Shown here: piece after piece, positions 45,601-55,859 of the stretch
Layout of the letters: each line of letters begins with the position of its first letter
Numbering within the stretch: position 1 is the first letter of the stretch
Position numbers and translations under genes: made by a program
Notes under the pieces: model-generated
The model's database searches: none
What the model was told of the DNA's origin: nothing
What the model saw: only the letters and a program-made list of their open reading frames with translations
Assembly: GCA_964291315.2 (NCBI GenBank)
Contig: OZ219753.1
Coordinates: 3,168,001-3,232,000 of the forward strand
Length of the DNA stretch: 64,000 nucleotides
Reading direction: 5' to 3'
DNA from: Candidatus Poribacteria bacterium
Lineage (GTDB): Bacteria; Poribacteria; WGA-4E; WGA-3G

Positions 45601-45810
45601 GCGGCAAATAGCGTCCTTCATGACGCGAGCGAGGACGTGATGCACACCGGGCGGTGCGTTTGCAAACGGCGGTCCCTCTAAGAAAACAAATGGCGGCGCG
45701 TCTTTTCGCAGCTCCATGCTCTTCTGAAAGATGTTATTTTCACGCCAGAAGGCTAAGGTATGTTTTTCTTTCTCAGAAAACGTAAATTGTGGTGATACCT
45801 CTTCAAACAT
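42667..45810 (-). CDS. ileS: Isoleucyl-tRNA synthetase type 2 with a GVHH signature
   Basis: EGPPFANAPPGVHH, GWDTHGLP, WTTTPWTLP, DQTRGWF, KMSKS and the IleRS2-type C-terminus (EGLARELVNKIQNMRK). Confidence 0.95.
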   Translation of the reverse strand: MFEEVSPQFTFSEKEKHTLAFWRENNIFQKSMELRKDAPPFVFLEGPPFANAPPGVHHVLARVMKDAICRYKTMTGHYVHRKAGWDTHGLPVEYQVEKQLNITNKAELEAYGVQNFIEKCKENVFQYEQDWRQMTERIGFWVNLDDAYITLSNDYIESVWWVLRQAWDKDLLYQGHKVQPYCYRCGTTLASHEVALAYQEVSDPSIFVRFPLKNQENTYLLVWTTTPWTLPSNVAVAVGEDYEYVSVEHNGQHLILAKACMQSLFGDESPQIVESYKGSALRDWEYEPLFDSGQHPEKSHYIVTADFVTTTEGSGLVHIAPAFGQDDYEIGQKYNLPLVQLVGADGRFVPEVKEKWAGEYVKAADPHIIANLKGRGLLFKAAEHKHQYPFCWRCDNPLLYYARESWFVRTTAIRDQMRQHNQEINWYPEHIKNGRFGNWLENNIDWGLSRERYWGTPLPIWVCDDCGHQHCVGSIAELKERGTDVPADIELHRPYVDAVVLTCSKCSSIMHRVEDVIDCWFDSGCAHTAQWHYPFENREMFEQAFPADFISEAIDQTRGWFYSLLATGTLLYDKPAYRNCLCLELIMGPDGQKMSKSRGNTVDPWTVLNKQGADAMRWYMFTATTPWTPRTFKTEGVDEALKKFMGTFYNVYSFFVMYANLEQIDVLQDAPPVKKRATMDRWILSRLHTLIDAARNSMENYHLTNAPRAIETFVDDLSNWYVRRCRDRFWGTKAGPDKQAAYATLYEVLVTLAKLAAPFTPFLSDELYRNLACSLDPNAPPSVHLAEYPVADATLKDTQLDTDMAFTREIIRMGHAARNRSGIKTRQPLAEFTLGGLSDLEKKTVNRLSELVHDELNVKTITFVENLDAFAQVTLKPNFRSLGPKYGKGVQAIAKALATANSMQLKAELEATGSLQLEASGETYTLEQSEIDVQTQNREGFFVEVDAKKFGALSTELTHELTLEGLARELVNKIQNMRKEADFNVSDRIKLSLETPSLLVEEAFEVHRDYILQETLTTTVVESSGENAFTVSQKLNGEPATITVEQV

Positions 45811-45940
45811 TTGGAAATTCCTCCGGCTCTTGTGGAAGTTGGAAGCGGCTGTCTGCTTGCCATCCGCACCGTCTTCCATCTACATCTGGAAGCGTGGGAA
45901 AGTAGTATGAAGTTCCTTCCAGATTTTCTTAGATCGTAAC

Positions 45941-45983
45941 AAAAAAACGCCCTCACCGAAATCGTCCGTTTCAGCGATGGGCA
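45941..45983 (-). terminator. Intrinsic terminator (attenuator) in the ileS leader
   Basis: Minus strand GCCCATCGCTGAAA...TTTCGGTGAGGGC followed by T7. Confidence 0.8.
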
Positions 45984-46013
45984 TCCGAATAAAGACTGCG
46001 TATCTACCTATGA

Positions 46014-46181
46014 TTAGCCCACCACGGCATGATCAATAGCAATAACAGTGGGTAGGGCGCGCAGAACCGCGGCAACCCGAGGGTTCCCTGGATGTGGAAC
46101 GTTGTTGCGCATCAGTTTCTTATATTGCAGCAGCATCAATGTGGGAAGCGATTTTCTGTCCATGCCTGGTTTGAATGACAT
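46014..46181 (-). CDS. Putative ileS leader peptide (up to 55 aa; Val-Ile-Ala-Ile near the end)
   Basis: Open frame ending ...LPTVIAIDHAVVG*, overlapping alternative hairpins upstream of the terminator. Confidence 0.55.
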   Translation of the reverse strand: MSFKPGMDRKSLPTLMLLQYKKLMRNNVPHPGNPRVAAVLRALPTVIAIDHAVVG

Positions 46182-46240
46182 TTAGTACTGTGAACGTCGA
46201 CTTTTCTCGAATTTATCTGCTAAAGATATACTAGTTAATT

Positions 46241-46269
46241 ATAATACTACATTCTCTGTGGGATGTCAA
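46241..46269 (-). promoter_or_regulatory. Promoter for the ileS leader
   Basis: Minus strand TTGACA-17 bp-TATTAT. Confidence 0.65.
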
Positions 46270-46590
46270 CTATTTTTCCGCTGTAGAAGGCTATTCAAAT
46301 GCCTCCCAAAAAATAGAAGTGTTTATAGAAAATGCCGGGGGCTATTTTTCCTTGGATCCGCTAGCAATCTCACTGGTATCTAATGATTTTGGGTTGAAAA
46401 TTATAGATTTATCAGGTATACTAGATAAAAGTAGCATCTAACTTATTTTTCCCTGAATTATAGCAATCCGTTGACATTTTGCGAACCACAAATCTATAAG
46501 TGTGTTTCTCGAAAAACAGCGTATGTACATCACCTCTTACTGCTGATAGCGTAATAAATAATACAAGGATGACTCATTCGGAGAACTAGC

Positions 46591-47715
46591 ATGGCTAAAC
46601 AGATTGCACTTTTCAACCATAAAGGCGGTGTCGGCAAGACAACAACAACCTTCAATCTAGGTTGGATGTTAGCAAATAAAGACAAAAGGGTTATTATTGT
46701 GGATTGTGACCCACAGTGTAACCTTACCGGCATGGTGCTTGGGTTTAAAGATGCTGAGGGATTCGCCTCAATGTATGAGTCGGCTGGCGTAACGAACATT
46801 CGCAAAGGTCTCGCTCCTGCTTTTGAATCGCGGCCTGCACTTATGAAACCTGTGAAGTGTACCTCTATCAGGGGACAACCGGATATGTACCTACTCCCTG
46901 GGCACATCGGTCTTGCCGAGTATGAAATTACCTTAGGGATTGCCCAAGAGCTGTCTGGATCCTTGGTAACACTTCAGAACTTGCCAGGCTCCTTGCACTA
47001 TCTTTTTCGCAAGACTGCTGAAAAATACAACGCCGATTTCATCTTAGTAGACATGAGTCCAAGTTTGGGACCAATTAACCAAAACTTACTGATGACGAGT
47101 GACTATTTCATTGTGCCGATGTTTCCTGATTACTTTTCAACCATGGCGATAAGAAGCCTCGCCTCAATTTTACCGAAATGGTCAGCATGGGCAAAGCAGG
47201 GCAAAAAGTCAACCATCTTGCAACAAGCGATTTACCCTTTTCCCGACAAGCACCCTAAGTTTCTAGGACCCATAATCCAGAATTTTCGAATTAGGGGAGG
47301 CATTCCGGCTACCGCTTTCAAAAAATGGATTGAGGAAATAAAAACGGGCATTAAGGAAAAGCTCATCCCTGTCTTACGTGAAAACAACATGCTACTTCCA
47401 GATGAATGGTATATAGAAGGGAGGTCAATTGAATCATATCAGACCCAATTTAATTTTCTTAATCCGAATTTCACACACGACTCGATCATAAGCCAACCAC
47501 TTTTCCAAGTGTCAGACTTCAATAGTCTCATTGCTCTCTCACAAAAACATAAAGCCCCGGTTTTTGACTTGAGGGACGATCAGATTGGTCAAGCAGGTAT
47601 AATACTTGCGAATACCAAAGCTTCGATGAAAAGGTTTTATGACTTATTTGATGATGGAGCTGACCGGATAATCACCCTCACTGAGAAGGTCGAATCCGAT
47701 TGTCTATGCAACTGA
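46591..47715 (+). CDS. ParA/Soj-family ATPase (long, non-partition type)
   Basis: Deviant Walker A NHKGGVGKTT, VDCDPQCNLT and VDMSP. Confidence 0.88.
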   Translation: MAKQIALFNHKGGVGKTTTTFNLGWMLANKDKRVIIVDCDPQCNLTGMVLGFKDAEGFASMYESAGVTNIRKGLAPAFESRPALMKPVKCTSIRGQPDMYLLPGHIGLAEYEITLGIAQELSGSLVTLQNLPGSLHYLFRKTAEKYNADFILVDMSPSLGPINQNLLMTSDYFIVPMFPDYFSTMAIRSLASILPKWSAWAKQGKKSTILQQAIYPFPDKHPKFLGPIIQNFRIRGGIPATAFKKWIEEIKTGIKEKLIPVLRENNMLLPDEWYIEGRSIESYQTQFNFLNPNFTHDSIISQPLFQVSDFNSLIALSQKHKAPVFDLRDDQIGQAGIILANTKASMKRFYDLFDDGADRIITLTEKVESDCLCN

Positions 47716-48365
47716 CGATCTACATACCACTTGAGATAATATCCTCGAGCGTGTTGAATCCTATTGAGCAATTTCGTGGAAATATAGACCGCGTCCGAGC
47801 ACACGGTAGATTGCACGCTGCGTTCGACCAGCAGACTACTGATGTTGTAGATCTGACTGATCTTTTACGCGCCCAGATCGTTATGCTTATCAGTGCGCTT
47901 GACCACTACATCCACGAAATCACACGGATTGGAATGTTAGAAGTCTATGCCGGGATACGTCCAAAGACGAAGCCTTTTTCACGTTTTCAAGTGTCTCTGG
48001 ACGCGACGATAATGGGAATTTCCAAACCCAATGAGAAAGAGTGGCTTGATATAGCAATCCGAGAAAAGCATGGTCATAAAGCTTTCCAGCAACCAGATAA
48101 GATCGCCGATGCGGTCCGGCTCTTTTCATCCTGCAAGTTATGGAGAACCGTTGCATCAGAACTTAACCTAACCGAGCAGGACGTGAAAAACCGACTCCGT
48201 ACGATAGTTAACCGGCGAAATCAAATTGTCCATGGGGTTGACTTGGATCCGAGTTATCCAGGAACTAGAAACCGTTGGCAGATTTCTCCTTCGGATGTGA
48301 CAGATGCCCTGGAATTCATTCAGGAAGTTTGTGAAACGATTGATGTTGTTGTTAATCAAAATTAG
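47700..48365 (+). CDS. HEPN domain protein (putative RNase); start uncertain
   Basis: Helical protein with the Rx4H motif RNQIVH. It overlaps the end of the ParA gene. Confidence 0.75.
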   Translation: MSMQLTIYIPLEIISSSVLNPIEQFRGNIDRVRAHGRLHAAFDQQTTDVVDLTDLLRAQIVMLISALDHYIHEITRIGMLEVYAGIRPKTKPFSRFQVSLDATIMGISKPNEKEWLDIAIREKHGHKAFQQPDKIADAVRLFSSCKLWRTVASELNLTEQDVKNRLRTIVNRRNQIVHGVDLDPSYPGTRNRWQISPSDVTDALEFIQEVCETIDVVVNQN

Positions 48366-48368
48366 ATC

Positions 48369-51300
48369 TCACCGCGCCATCCCCGCCTCACGATACGTCT
48401 GCTCAATCAACGCGATCTCCGCATCTGTCAAACCATACACCCGATACACCCACGCGTCTATCTCCCGCTCTATGTCGCGCACGCCCTCGCTCTCTGGATC
48501 TGCCAATATCTGCTCGACGAGCCGTGACAGCTCCGCTTTCTGTGCATCAGTCCGATCTGCTATCGGGGTACGGCGCATATACTGTGGCTTGAAACGTAAA
48601 CCACCCGTCCAAGGATCATTAAGGCTCTGGAATTTATGGCGTGCATACCAATCAAGCAGTGTGCTGTTTAAGATAGCAAGCAAGGAGAGATCATAGGTCG
48701 GTATAAAGTGGGTTGTGTCTAACCCGAATGATTTCATTGTGTCATAGCATGCGTGAATCGATTTTGAAATCTCTGGGTACAAAATCTTCGGTTTTTCGAA
48801 CTTGTCATAATAAGCGGTATTCGCTTGTATTTCATACCACTGATAGCGTCCTGCTGCCCTATTTTCAAGTGCCTCTCTATATTGGCTCAGATGTTTCTTG
48901 ACAGCTGGGTATCGGTCAATCTCAACCCCTTGCCGTGTGAAGATGAGATATTGCCCTGTGCTATCCGTCCGCCACTTTCTAAGGTCTCGCCCTCTGAGCA
49001 AAGGCTTTATGAGCTCATCGCTCTTCGGATCCTCGGAGATCAGCCGCTGCCGCACAGCCGCATCGATGATAAATGCCTTGTTATATCCTGTTACGACCCC
49101 GCGCCAAAGTCCATCCACATATTCTCCGAGGGGTGTGCCAGTTGTTTCGAGTTTCCGCAGGAGCCGCACTGTCTCGGGCGATGCCAAGGTCCAGCCCTCC
49201 GCTGATAAATCACGCGGATGCAGCCGAAACGCCCGCTCCCGAAACGCCGCAGACAGCCGCAGCACATCGGACGCCTCCCGAAACGTCGCCACCGAAACAG
49301 GCACTCTGTCTGATGTAGCATTTTCAAGGATCAGGATACAGGTATCCACACTCGCTTTGAAGACAGCGACACTCCCGAAGTCAAGCAGCCGCTGAATGCG
49401 TTGGGTATCGCTGAAAAAGGTACGCAGTTTTCTGCCATACGCTGCCCGCAAAAACTTGTTTGAGGAGATATACGCCAAGATGCCGTGCCTCCGCAGCAGC
49501 TCCGTGCCGCGCTTGTAAAAATAGACGTAGAGGTCTGCGGTGCCGACATACACCTCTGGGAATAGCCGTTTGTAAGTCGGCTTCATCGCTTTGATAAGTT
49601 CTTGTCGCACATAAGGTGGGTTGCCGATCACAACATCAAAACCACCGGCTTGAAAAACCTCCGGAAACTCAACCTGCCAGACAAACGCCTCCTCCGGGGC
49701 ATCTTGCCAGCCTTGAAGATCCGCTCGGAGTGTCGCGATCTGCTCTCGGAGTGCCTGTCTCTTTGCATCCCCGCGCGTGCCGAAATAGACGGCTTGCCGC
49801 TCCTGTATCTCTTGGATCAACGGCCTGTCAAGCGTCATCTGTTCGGGGGCTGCACCGGTCAAACTGTCTCCTGTTGCAACCTTATAGTCCAAGTTCGGCA
49901 GCGGTTCCGGTACGGCACCTTCATAGTCTACTGTGAGGCTCAGCCACAGGCGCAGCATCGCGATGTTGACAGCGAAGTCGTCTCTGTCCACGCCGTAAAG
50001 GTTCTTCCGGATAATCTCCAGCTTGCGTTCATACACCGTGCCAGAATCGGTCTGATCGCTTTGGAACAGAGCATCGCGCAGGCGGAGCAGTTCGCCCATC
50101 ATACCGAGTAGATACGCACCGCTCCCACACGCAGGATCACACACCCGTAAGTTCTGCAGCACCGCTAACACGCCCTCTGAATCGCGGATCCCCGTGGCAT
50201 CGCCTGCGTCAACAAACTGTGTCAGGCACGCCGCGCTCTCCGTTGTCTGCGTCTGCAAGCAGAGCTTCAGGCTCTCCCTGCACATGAAGGAGACAACCGC
50301 ACGCGGCGTGTAGTAGCTCCCACTGGCGTGCCGCCCCGTGACGAGTTCCTCAAACACCTTACCCAGCATCTCGGGATCCACTGCAACCTCTATGTCTAGC
50401 GGCGTGGATTCGGTGATCGTGAAGTTATAACGTTCGAAGAGGTTGAGGATGTCGGCAAAGGTGTCGTTCGGCAGATCCACTGCGTGTTGTTCATCATACG
50501 GCTGCATCTCGAAGAGTCCACCGTTGAGGAACGGCACATCGCCGCGCCGGGTGCGAGCGGCGGCATCTTCGGATCCGGACTCACCGGCGGGATTGCTGAG
50601 ACCGTGGAAGAAGACGTAATAGAGCCGGTCGTTGAGCAAGCTCTCTGTCCGAGGCTCCTTGTGCTTATCAGAGATTACCCCCCCCGCTTCTTATAGATTC
50701 CGCACTGCCAGAGAGAGTCTCGATGCCCATTGCAGCCTCATACAACGCACGCAAGTAGTCCCGGCGACCCGCATACCGCAACCAACCCTTTTTTTCAAGA
50801 AAACGCAGAAACATCAAACGATTCAACAGACGCTGCGTATACAACCGACGAGCCTCCACAGCGCTCTCCGGGATCCCTGACAGCGAGGCCTCCACCAACG
50901 CAAAGACGCTCTTATACTCACGGAAAAACTGATCCGTCACAGCCGCCACATCAAACGCACGCTGCCATTTAGCAACCCACGCTTGCGACGACGAAAAACC
51001 GCCACGCGGAAACGCCAGAGCCGGCAGGTTGTATTCACACAGCGTCCGAAGGTGCGTATCCCCACGATCCCACGAGAATATAGACAGCACCGCATCCTGC
51101 CAAGACGCACCCGCACCTGCGAAGTGGGCAAACGCAAACCGATGAAAATCAGCAGTCGTGCAGATGAATAGCAGATGATCCAGCTCCCACGCAGGCAACC
51201 GTGCATCTCGGGCGCGCCTTTCAACCAGACCCCGCAGAACCCGCCGCAACTCCGTGCGATACACCCGCTCGCTACTGAATTCAACAAAGAAGATGCCCCA

Positions 51301-51546
51301 CGGCTGCGAGCCGACCTCGGGAGAAAATCCCAACGCCTCGCGCGCGAACGGCGGCAGCTGCAGACAGTCAGCGACTCGTGCCTCAGACGTTTCATCAAGC
51401 TCCAGCTCTGCTGACGACCACGGGAAAGCTATCTCGCCGAGCGTCACGTCTTCGGGGATAGGCCAGTCGAGAGTGTCACGAAAAAACGCTAAGAGCGTCT
51501 CAAAGTCAGTTATAGTATCAACATTTTCAACGGGTATATATGACAT
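48369..51546 (-). CDS. Eco57I/type IIG-like R-M adenine methyltransferase with a C-terminal TRD, frameshifted at a G8 tract (C8 at 50678-50685). G7 or G10 gives about 1058-1059 aa.
   Basis: ORF 51546-50668 (RLMFLRFLEKKGWL) and ORF 50639-48369 (PFLNGGLF, GSYYTP, DPACGSG, GNPPY). The downstream frame is open from the tract onward. Confidence 0.85.
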
Positions 51547-51732
51547 TGGTATTCCTCAAGGGTTAGGCGATAAGTAAACGGATAACGGACATCTTGGAAA
51601 ATAGACCCGACCAACGAGACGGGTGCTTCACTCTCCTAATATAGCACGCACCGCTTGTTTTGTCAAATGTAGCACAACAGGCGTACCGGGTGTAGAACAT
51701 TAATCTTTAGTGTGTACCCAAAAGATTTTGCC

Positions 51733-51761
51733 TTGACATTCAGACGTATACCGCGTATCAT
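51733..51761 (+). promoter_or_regulatory. Sigma70-type promoter
   Basis: TTGACA-17 bp-TATCAT. Confidence 0.6.
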
Positions 51762-51814
51762 AGATAAAAAAGAATTTACCAATCGGAGATTAGCATTAGA
51801 ATAGCATAGAAAAC

Positions 51815-53833
51815 ATGAAAAAATTAATCCTCATATCACCCTTTTTACTCTTCACGTTCTGCTTTCTACACCTGGGACTCAATACCGCCCTTTCCGTGGA
51901 TTTTATCCAATTAGAGCGTGAATTTTCAGGCAAAGGAGCAACCCAAGGGCGGTTCAGTAAGGACATTCATCTTGCCTTTGACAGACAACACATTTACATT
52001 AGCGACACCAAAAATCGATTGATTCAGAAGTTATCGGCGACCGGAGAATTTTTGCTTCAATTCCCAGAAGCACCAGAATCTCCGGACAATATTCTGCGAA
52101 AACCAGGGCATCTGGCTGTAGATAGCATCGGGAACATCTATGTTGCCGACGTGACTGTGCACCATATTGCCGAAACTGCTGACCCAAAAGTCTACATATT
52201 TGTGCCGTGTGTCTATAAATTCAGTGCAACAGGCGAAGTGTTAGATACCTACTTTGTGGATCCGGTGGACATCCGTCCAAAGGTCGTCTTACCAGTAAAT
52301 CTCATTATTGATGAACAAGGGAAAACCGCTTTCGCCATTCAACCGAACGGACATGATAGAGCCCTTCGTGTCGCGCTCAGTGCCGAAAATGAACTCTACG
52401 TCTTGGATGCAACACGAGGACGTATTCATAAATTCAGTGCTGACGGAGAGGCACTGCTCACTTTCGGTAGGTACGGTGCGGCGGACGGCGAATTTGATAT
52501 GGATGCTGCAGATATCGCGGTTGACGCGACCGGAAACTTACTCATTGCAGATACCGGGAACCACCGTATTGTGAAATTTGATTCAGCAGGTCAATTTGTC
52601 GGCAGTTTTGGCAGAAAAGGGCGCGGTAACGGTGAATTCACCAAACCGATGGCGCTTGCTACACTGCCCACGGGCGAGATTTTAGTTAAAGATGCAAGTC
52701 AATTTCGCAGGAAAATAGGCGGGATGCCGGAGATCATCGCGCTCTCTCCAACATTGACACAGCTGACGGAAGTTACGCCTGGACAAGCAGAACTTGCCGA
52801 TACAATCGCAAACGCAGTTCGAACCCAATACGGACCCTTCCCTCAAAGTCGGGCTGCCACCGCCGATACGGCTGCCTTGAACCGACGCGTCCGATTGCTG
52901 GAAGAAGCAGAATACAACCGTTACTATTCCGACGAAACGAACGATGAAGGTAAGACTGAACTTGCCGAAGAACTCAAACGGAAAGACATCCGTCTCACCA
53001 TCTTTCATAACGTCATCTCACGTATCCAAAAGTTTGACAGCAATGGACAGTATGTGGGACGTATCATTTATGAGACCGACCAGCTTGACGAAGCGAAACA
53101 CGATCAGACCTTCTTAGACCTTGACAATTCTGGGTACCTCTACTTGCGAGATGCCAGCGATTTTACCATCGCGCAGTATTCAGTCACAGGCTTTACTGTG
53201 AAACCTTCCCACATGAATGGATTCTATACTACGCGGGCCGCAAGTCTACGTAACAACTATTTGGAAGATTACGAAGACATTGACTTCTCAACCGATGTCC
53301 AAGATCAACTCAGCCAATTGGAATTAAAAAATATGTTTGGATGGTCTTACAGCCTGTCTGAACGCTGGCATTTGACGCTCCTTGATGAACTAACTTACAG
53401 CGAGCAGGATGAACGCTATATCACCCCAGCGAAAGTAGAGGACAGCTACGATTTCGAGACGCAGGCATTAGAGAACGCGTTCGCAGCGAATCTGAAGTTT
53501 ATTACCAATCCGAATCCGTATCGCTATAAGGAGCTAAATCTGTCCGTTGGACGTGTTGATGGTACATCTGATTTGACCCAGGATGCCCTCTTCCCCGAGC
53601 TCAACAAACAACACAGAAAAGACACCGGCGACGCAAGTTCTACCGTTATTGAGCTGAATTGGGATATATGGTCACGTGGAAACTTATGGCTCCGGTATGC
53701 GGACCTGAATCCTGCTGAAACAAGTCGAAATTTTGTTCGCCGATTTTACGATGTCTCTGGCGACCTCTATGAAGTCTTTGGAAGCCGCAACGAAGCCAGG
53801 CAGTTTATGGGCGAACTAACCCTAAAATTTTGA
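51815..53833 (+). CDS. Secreted NHL-repeat beta-propeller protein with a barrel-like C-terminus
   Basis: Signal peptide, repeated IAVD..GN..IADTGNHRI.KF units, terminal ...GELTLKF. Confidence 0.8.
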   Translation: MKKLILISPFLLFTFCFLHLGLNTALSVDFIQLEREFSGKGATQGRFSKDIHLAFDRQHIYISDTKNRLIQKLSATGEFLLQFPEAPESPDNILRKPGHLAVDSIGNIYVADVTVHHIAETADPKVYIFVPCVYKFSATGEVLDTYFVDPVDIRPKVVLPVNLIIDEQGKTAFAIQPNGHDRALRVALSAENELYVLDATRGRIHKFSADGEALLTFGRYGAADGEFDMDAADIAVDATGNLLIADTGNHRIVKFDSAGQFVGSFGRKGRGNGEFTKPMALATLPTGEILVKDASQFRRKIGGMPEIIALSPTLTQLTEVTPGQAELADTIANAVRTQYGPFPQSRAATADTAALNRRVRLLEEAEYNRYYSDETNDEGKTELAEELKRKDIRLTIFHNVISRIQKFDSNGQYVGRIIYETDQLDEAKHDQTFLDLDNSGYLYLRDASDFTIAQYSVTGFTVKPSHMNGFYTTRAASLRNNYLEDYEDIDFSTDVQDQLSQLELKNMFGWSYSLSERWHLTLLDELTYSEQDERYITPAKVEDSYDFETQALENAFAANLKFITNPNPYRYKELNLSVGRVDGTSDLTQDALFPELNKQHRKDTGDASSTVIELNWDIWSRGNLWLRYADLNPAETSRNFVRRFYDVSGDLYEVFGSRNEARQFMGELTLKF

Positions 53834-53848
53834 AGGAATTGCGTAAGT

Positions 53849-54811
53849 ATGGAATTTCGGTCACTTTATCCTGAAGAATTCGAGACCTGGTTAGAGCATG
53901 TTACGTCTGTTTTTGCAGGCGGCGGTCAATACTTTTCGAATCACTGGCACAACGATCCCTGGCGAGACGCTGAAGGGATCCGGGTCGCTGTTGATAATGG
54001 TTCCATTGTTAGTACAGTCCGCGTCTTTATTCGGAAAATGTTTTTGCACGGGGAACCAGTAAGTGTCGGGGGGATCGGAGAAGTCAGCACCCGCCCGGAA
54101 TACCGTCGACGCGGGATCGCCACACAACTTCTCAAGGATGCGATTGAATTTATGGAATCCCGTGACATCGCTATGTCCTCGCTCCACGGAAGCCAACGCA
54201 TCTATTCGCTTGAAGGATGGGAAAAAGTGCCCCGCTACTATGCAAGACAATCTTTCAAGGCTGAAAAACTAGCAGAATGGGCAGTGCATGCAATGAATTT
54301 TGACAACGCAGCTGAAGTCAAACGGATCGCGGAAATCTATGATTGGTATGCACGAAAATTCAACGGCACTTTCGTCAGAGACAAGATGACTTACTGGACA
54401 CAATGGGTGCGAACTGAGTCATCAAACACATGGGTTGCTAAACGTAATGGCAACATTGAAGGTTATATTTCGGTCGTCCGGCGTGACAATGAGCTGAGCG
54501 TCGAAGAATTCATCGCTTCAGAGGCTGCTTTCGCAATGGATAAGGGCAAGCAACTTTTTAAAAACATGATTTCTCACATTATCTCCGAGCTAGACGCGAA
54601 ATCACTGGCGGTCGTTTATCCGGCCCCGATCGCGGACGGTTTTAAGGCACCGAATATTGAAGAACACGGGAGCACGATGTATCGTATTGTTCAACCGGCT
54701 GTGCTTTCGACCCGAGCCGATTCAATTCCGAGCTTGCTACACAATCAACCGAAACCTTTCGCACAAGGTATCAAGTCGCATCATATCTTTTGGTATACTG
54801 ACGGATATTAA
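53849..54811 (+). CDS. GNAT N-acetyltransferase (Eis-like)
   Basis: GGIGEVSTRPEYRRRGIA acetyl-CoA motif. Confidence 0.85.
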   Translation: MEFRSLYPEEFETWLEHVTSVFAGGGQYFSNHWHNDPWRDAEGIRVAVDNGSIVSTVRVFIRKMFLHGEPVSVGGIGEVSTRPEYRRRGIATQLLKDAIEFMESRDIAMSSLHGSQRIYSLEGWEKVPRYYARQSFKAEKLAEWAVHAMNFDNAAEVKRIAEIYDWYARKFNGTFVRDKMTYWTQWVRTESSNTWVAKRNGNIEGYISVVRRDNELSVEEFIASEAAFAMDKGKQLFKNMISHIISELDAKSLAVVYPAPIADGFKAPNIEEHGSTMYRIVQPAVLSTRADSIPSLLHNQPKPFAQGIKSHHIFWYTDGY

Positions 54812-54860
54812 GCAGCAGACAGATCAATTCATGAAGGCTTCAAAAGTGGAGGATGGAGAA

Positions 54861-55859
54861 ATGGCAAAACTGCGTGTAGGTGTTATCGGTTGTAGCGGTA
54901 TCGGTACGACACAGGTATCAGGTTTAGTCGACATGCCAAACGTTGAATTAGTCGCTGGCTGCGATTTTGTTCAGAGCACATTGGATACTTTTAAAGAAAA
55001 ACACCAAGATACCTGGGATAACATTTCTCTGTACACCGACCATCAAGAGATGCTTGCCTCTGAAAATTTAGACATTGTGACAGTGGCGACTTCTGACCAT
55101 CAGCACGCCGATGTGGTCGTTGATGCAGCAAACGCCGGTGTGAAAGGCATCTTCTGTGAAAAACCGATGGCGACGAACATCGCAGATGCAGACAGAATGA
55201 TGGAGGCAACAGCACGAAACCGGACTATCCTATCAATCGATCACACCCGTCGATGGCAGCCGCTGTGGCGGCACACTAAAGAAATAGTCGTCGGCAGCGG
55301 ACAGATCGGGGAAGTCCAGTATATTATCGGCACGCTGAGTGGTGGACGAGCAATGCTGTTCCGCAATGGAACGCATCTTATCGATGCTATTTGTTATTTC
55401 GCCGATTCTGATCCACAGTGGGTTTCTGCTGAGCTAGAGGAGGGTTACGAAAACTATAACGAATATAAAGGCGATGGCGGACATGATCCGGCAACGGAAC
55501 CCTCGGCACACGGCTATATTCACTTTGCAAACGGGGTGCGCGGCTACTACGCCGGGGGGCCAAAGACCACCCTCTCGGGGTTCCGCGTGGAGATTGTGGG
55601 CACCGAGGGTTATATTCTCATCAGTGACCGAGGGGCAACACGCCATCAAGGGGAGGTCATTGAGACAATAACCGCACCGACATGGGACATTTCCGGTATC
55701 CCTGCTGGGCCACGAGAGCTGGTAGGTTTGATTACAGAAGGTGGAGAACCCGTCTCGCCTGGAAGCGAAGGCTACAAAGTTGTCCAAATTATCATCGGTT
55801 TTTTAACCTCACAACAACGCGACAATGGAAAGGTCAAGCTGCCATTGCCTGCAGGTTAA
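54861..55859 (+). CDS. Gfo/Idh/MocA family oxidoreductase
   Basis: LRVGVIGCSGIG, FCEKPM and GTHLID. Confidence 0.88.
   Translation: MAKLRVGVIGCSGIGTTQVSGLVDMPNVELVAGCDFVQSTLDTFKEKHQDTWDNISLYTDHQEMLASENLDIVTVATSDHQHADVVVDAANAGVKGIFCEKPMATNIADADRMMEATARNRTILSIDHTRRWQPLWRHTKEIVVGSGQIGEVQYIIGTLSGGRAMLFRNGTHLIDAICYFADSDPQWVSAELEEGYENYNEYKGDGGHDPATEPSAHGYIHFANGVRGYYAGGPKTTLSGFRVEIVGTEGYILISDRGATRHQGEVIETITAPTWDISGIPAGPRELVGLITEGGEPVSPGSEGYKVVQIIIGFLTSQQRDNGKVKLPLPAG

Noticed and set aside
46014-46181. T-box riboswitch upstream of ileS
   Set aside because: No recognisable T-box consensus or stem I motifs. A leader-peptide model fits better.
51550-51562. 13-bp match TATTCCTCAAGGG to the tRNA-Ile 5' flank (about 26269) as an att site
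   Set aside because: It is short, overlaps the RBS of the minus-strand R-M gene, has no integrase nearby, and matches the tRNA 5' side rather than the 3' end. Probably chance.
48304-51577. Many overlapping plus-strand ORFs opposite the type IIG-like gene
   Set aside because: They are shadow ORFs from the high GC content and have no recognisable motifs.
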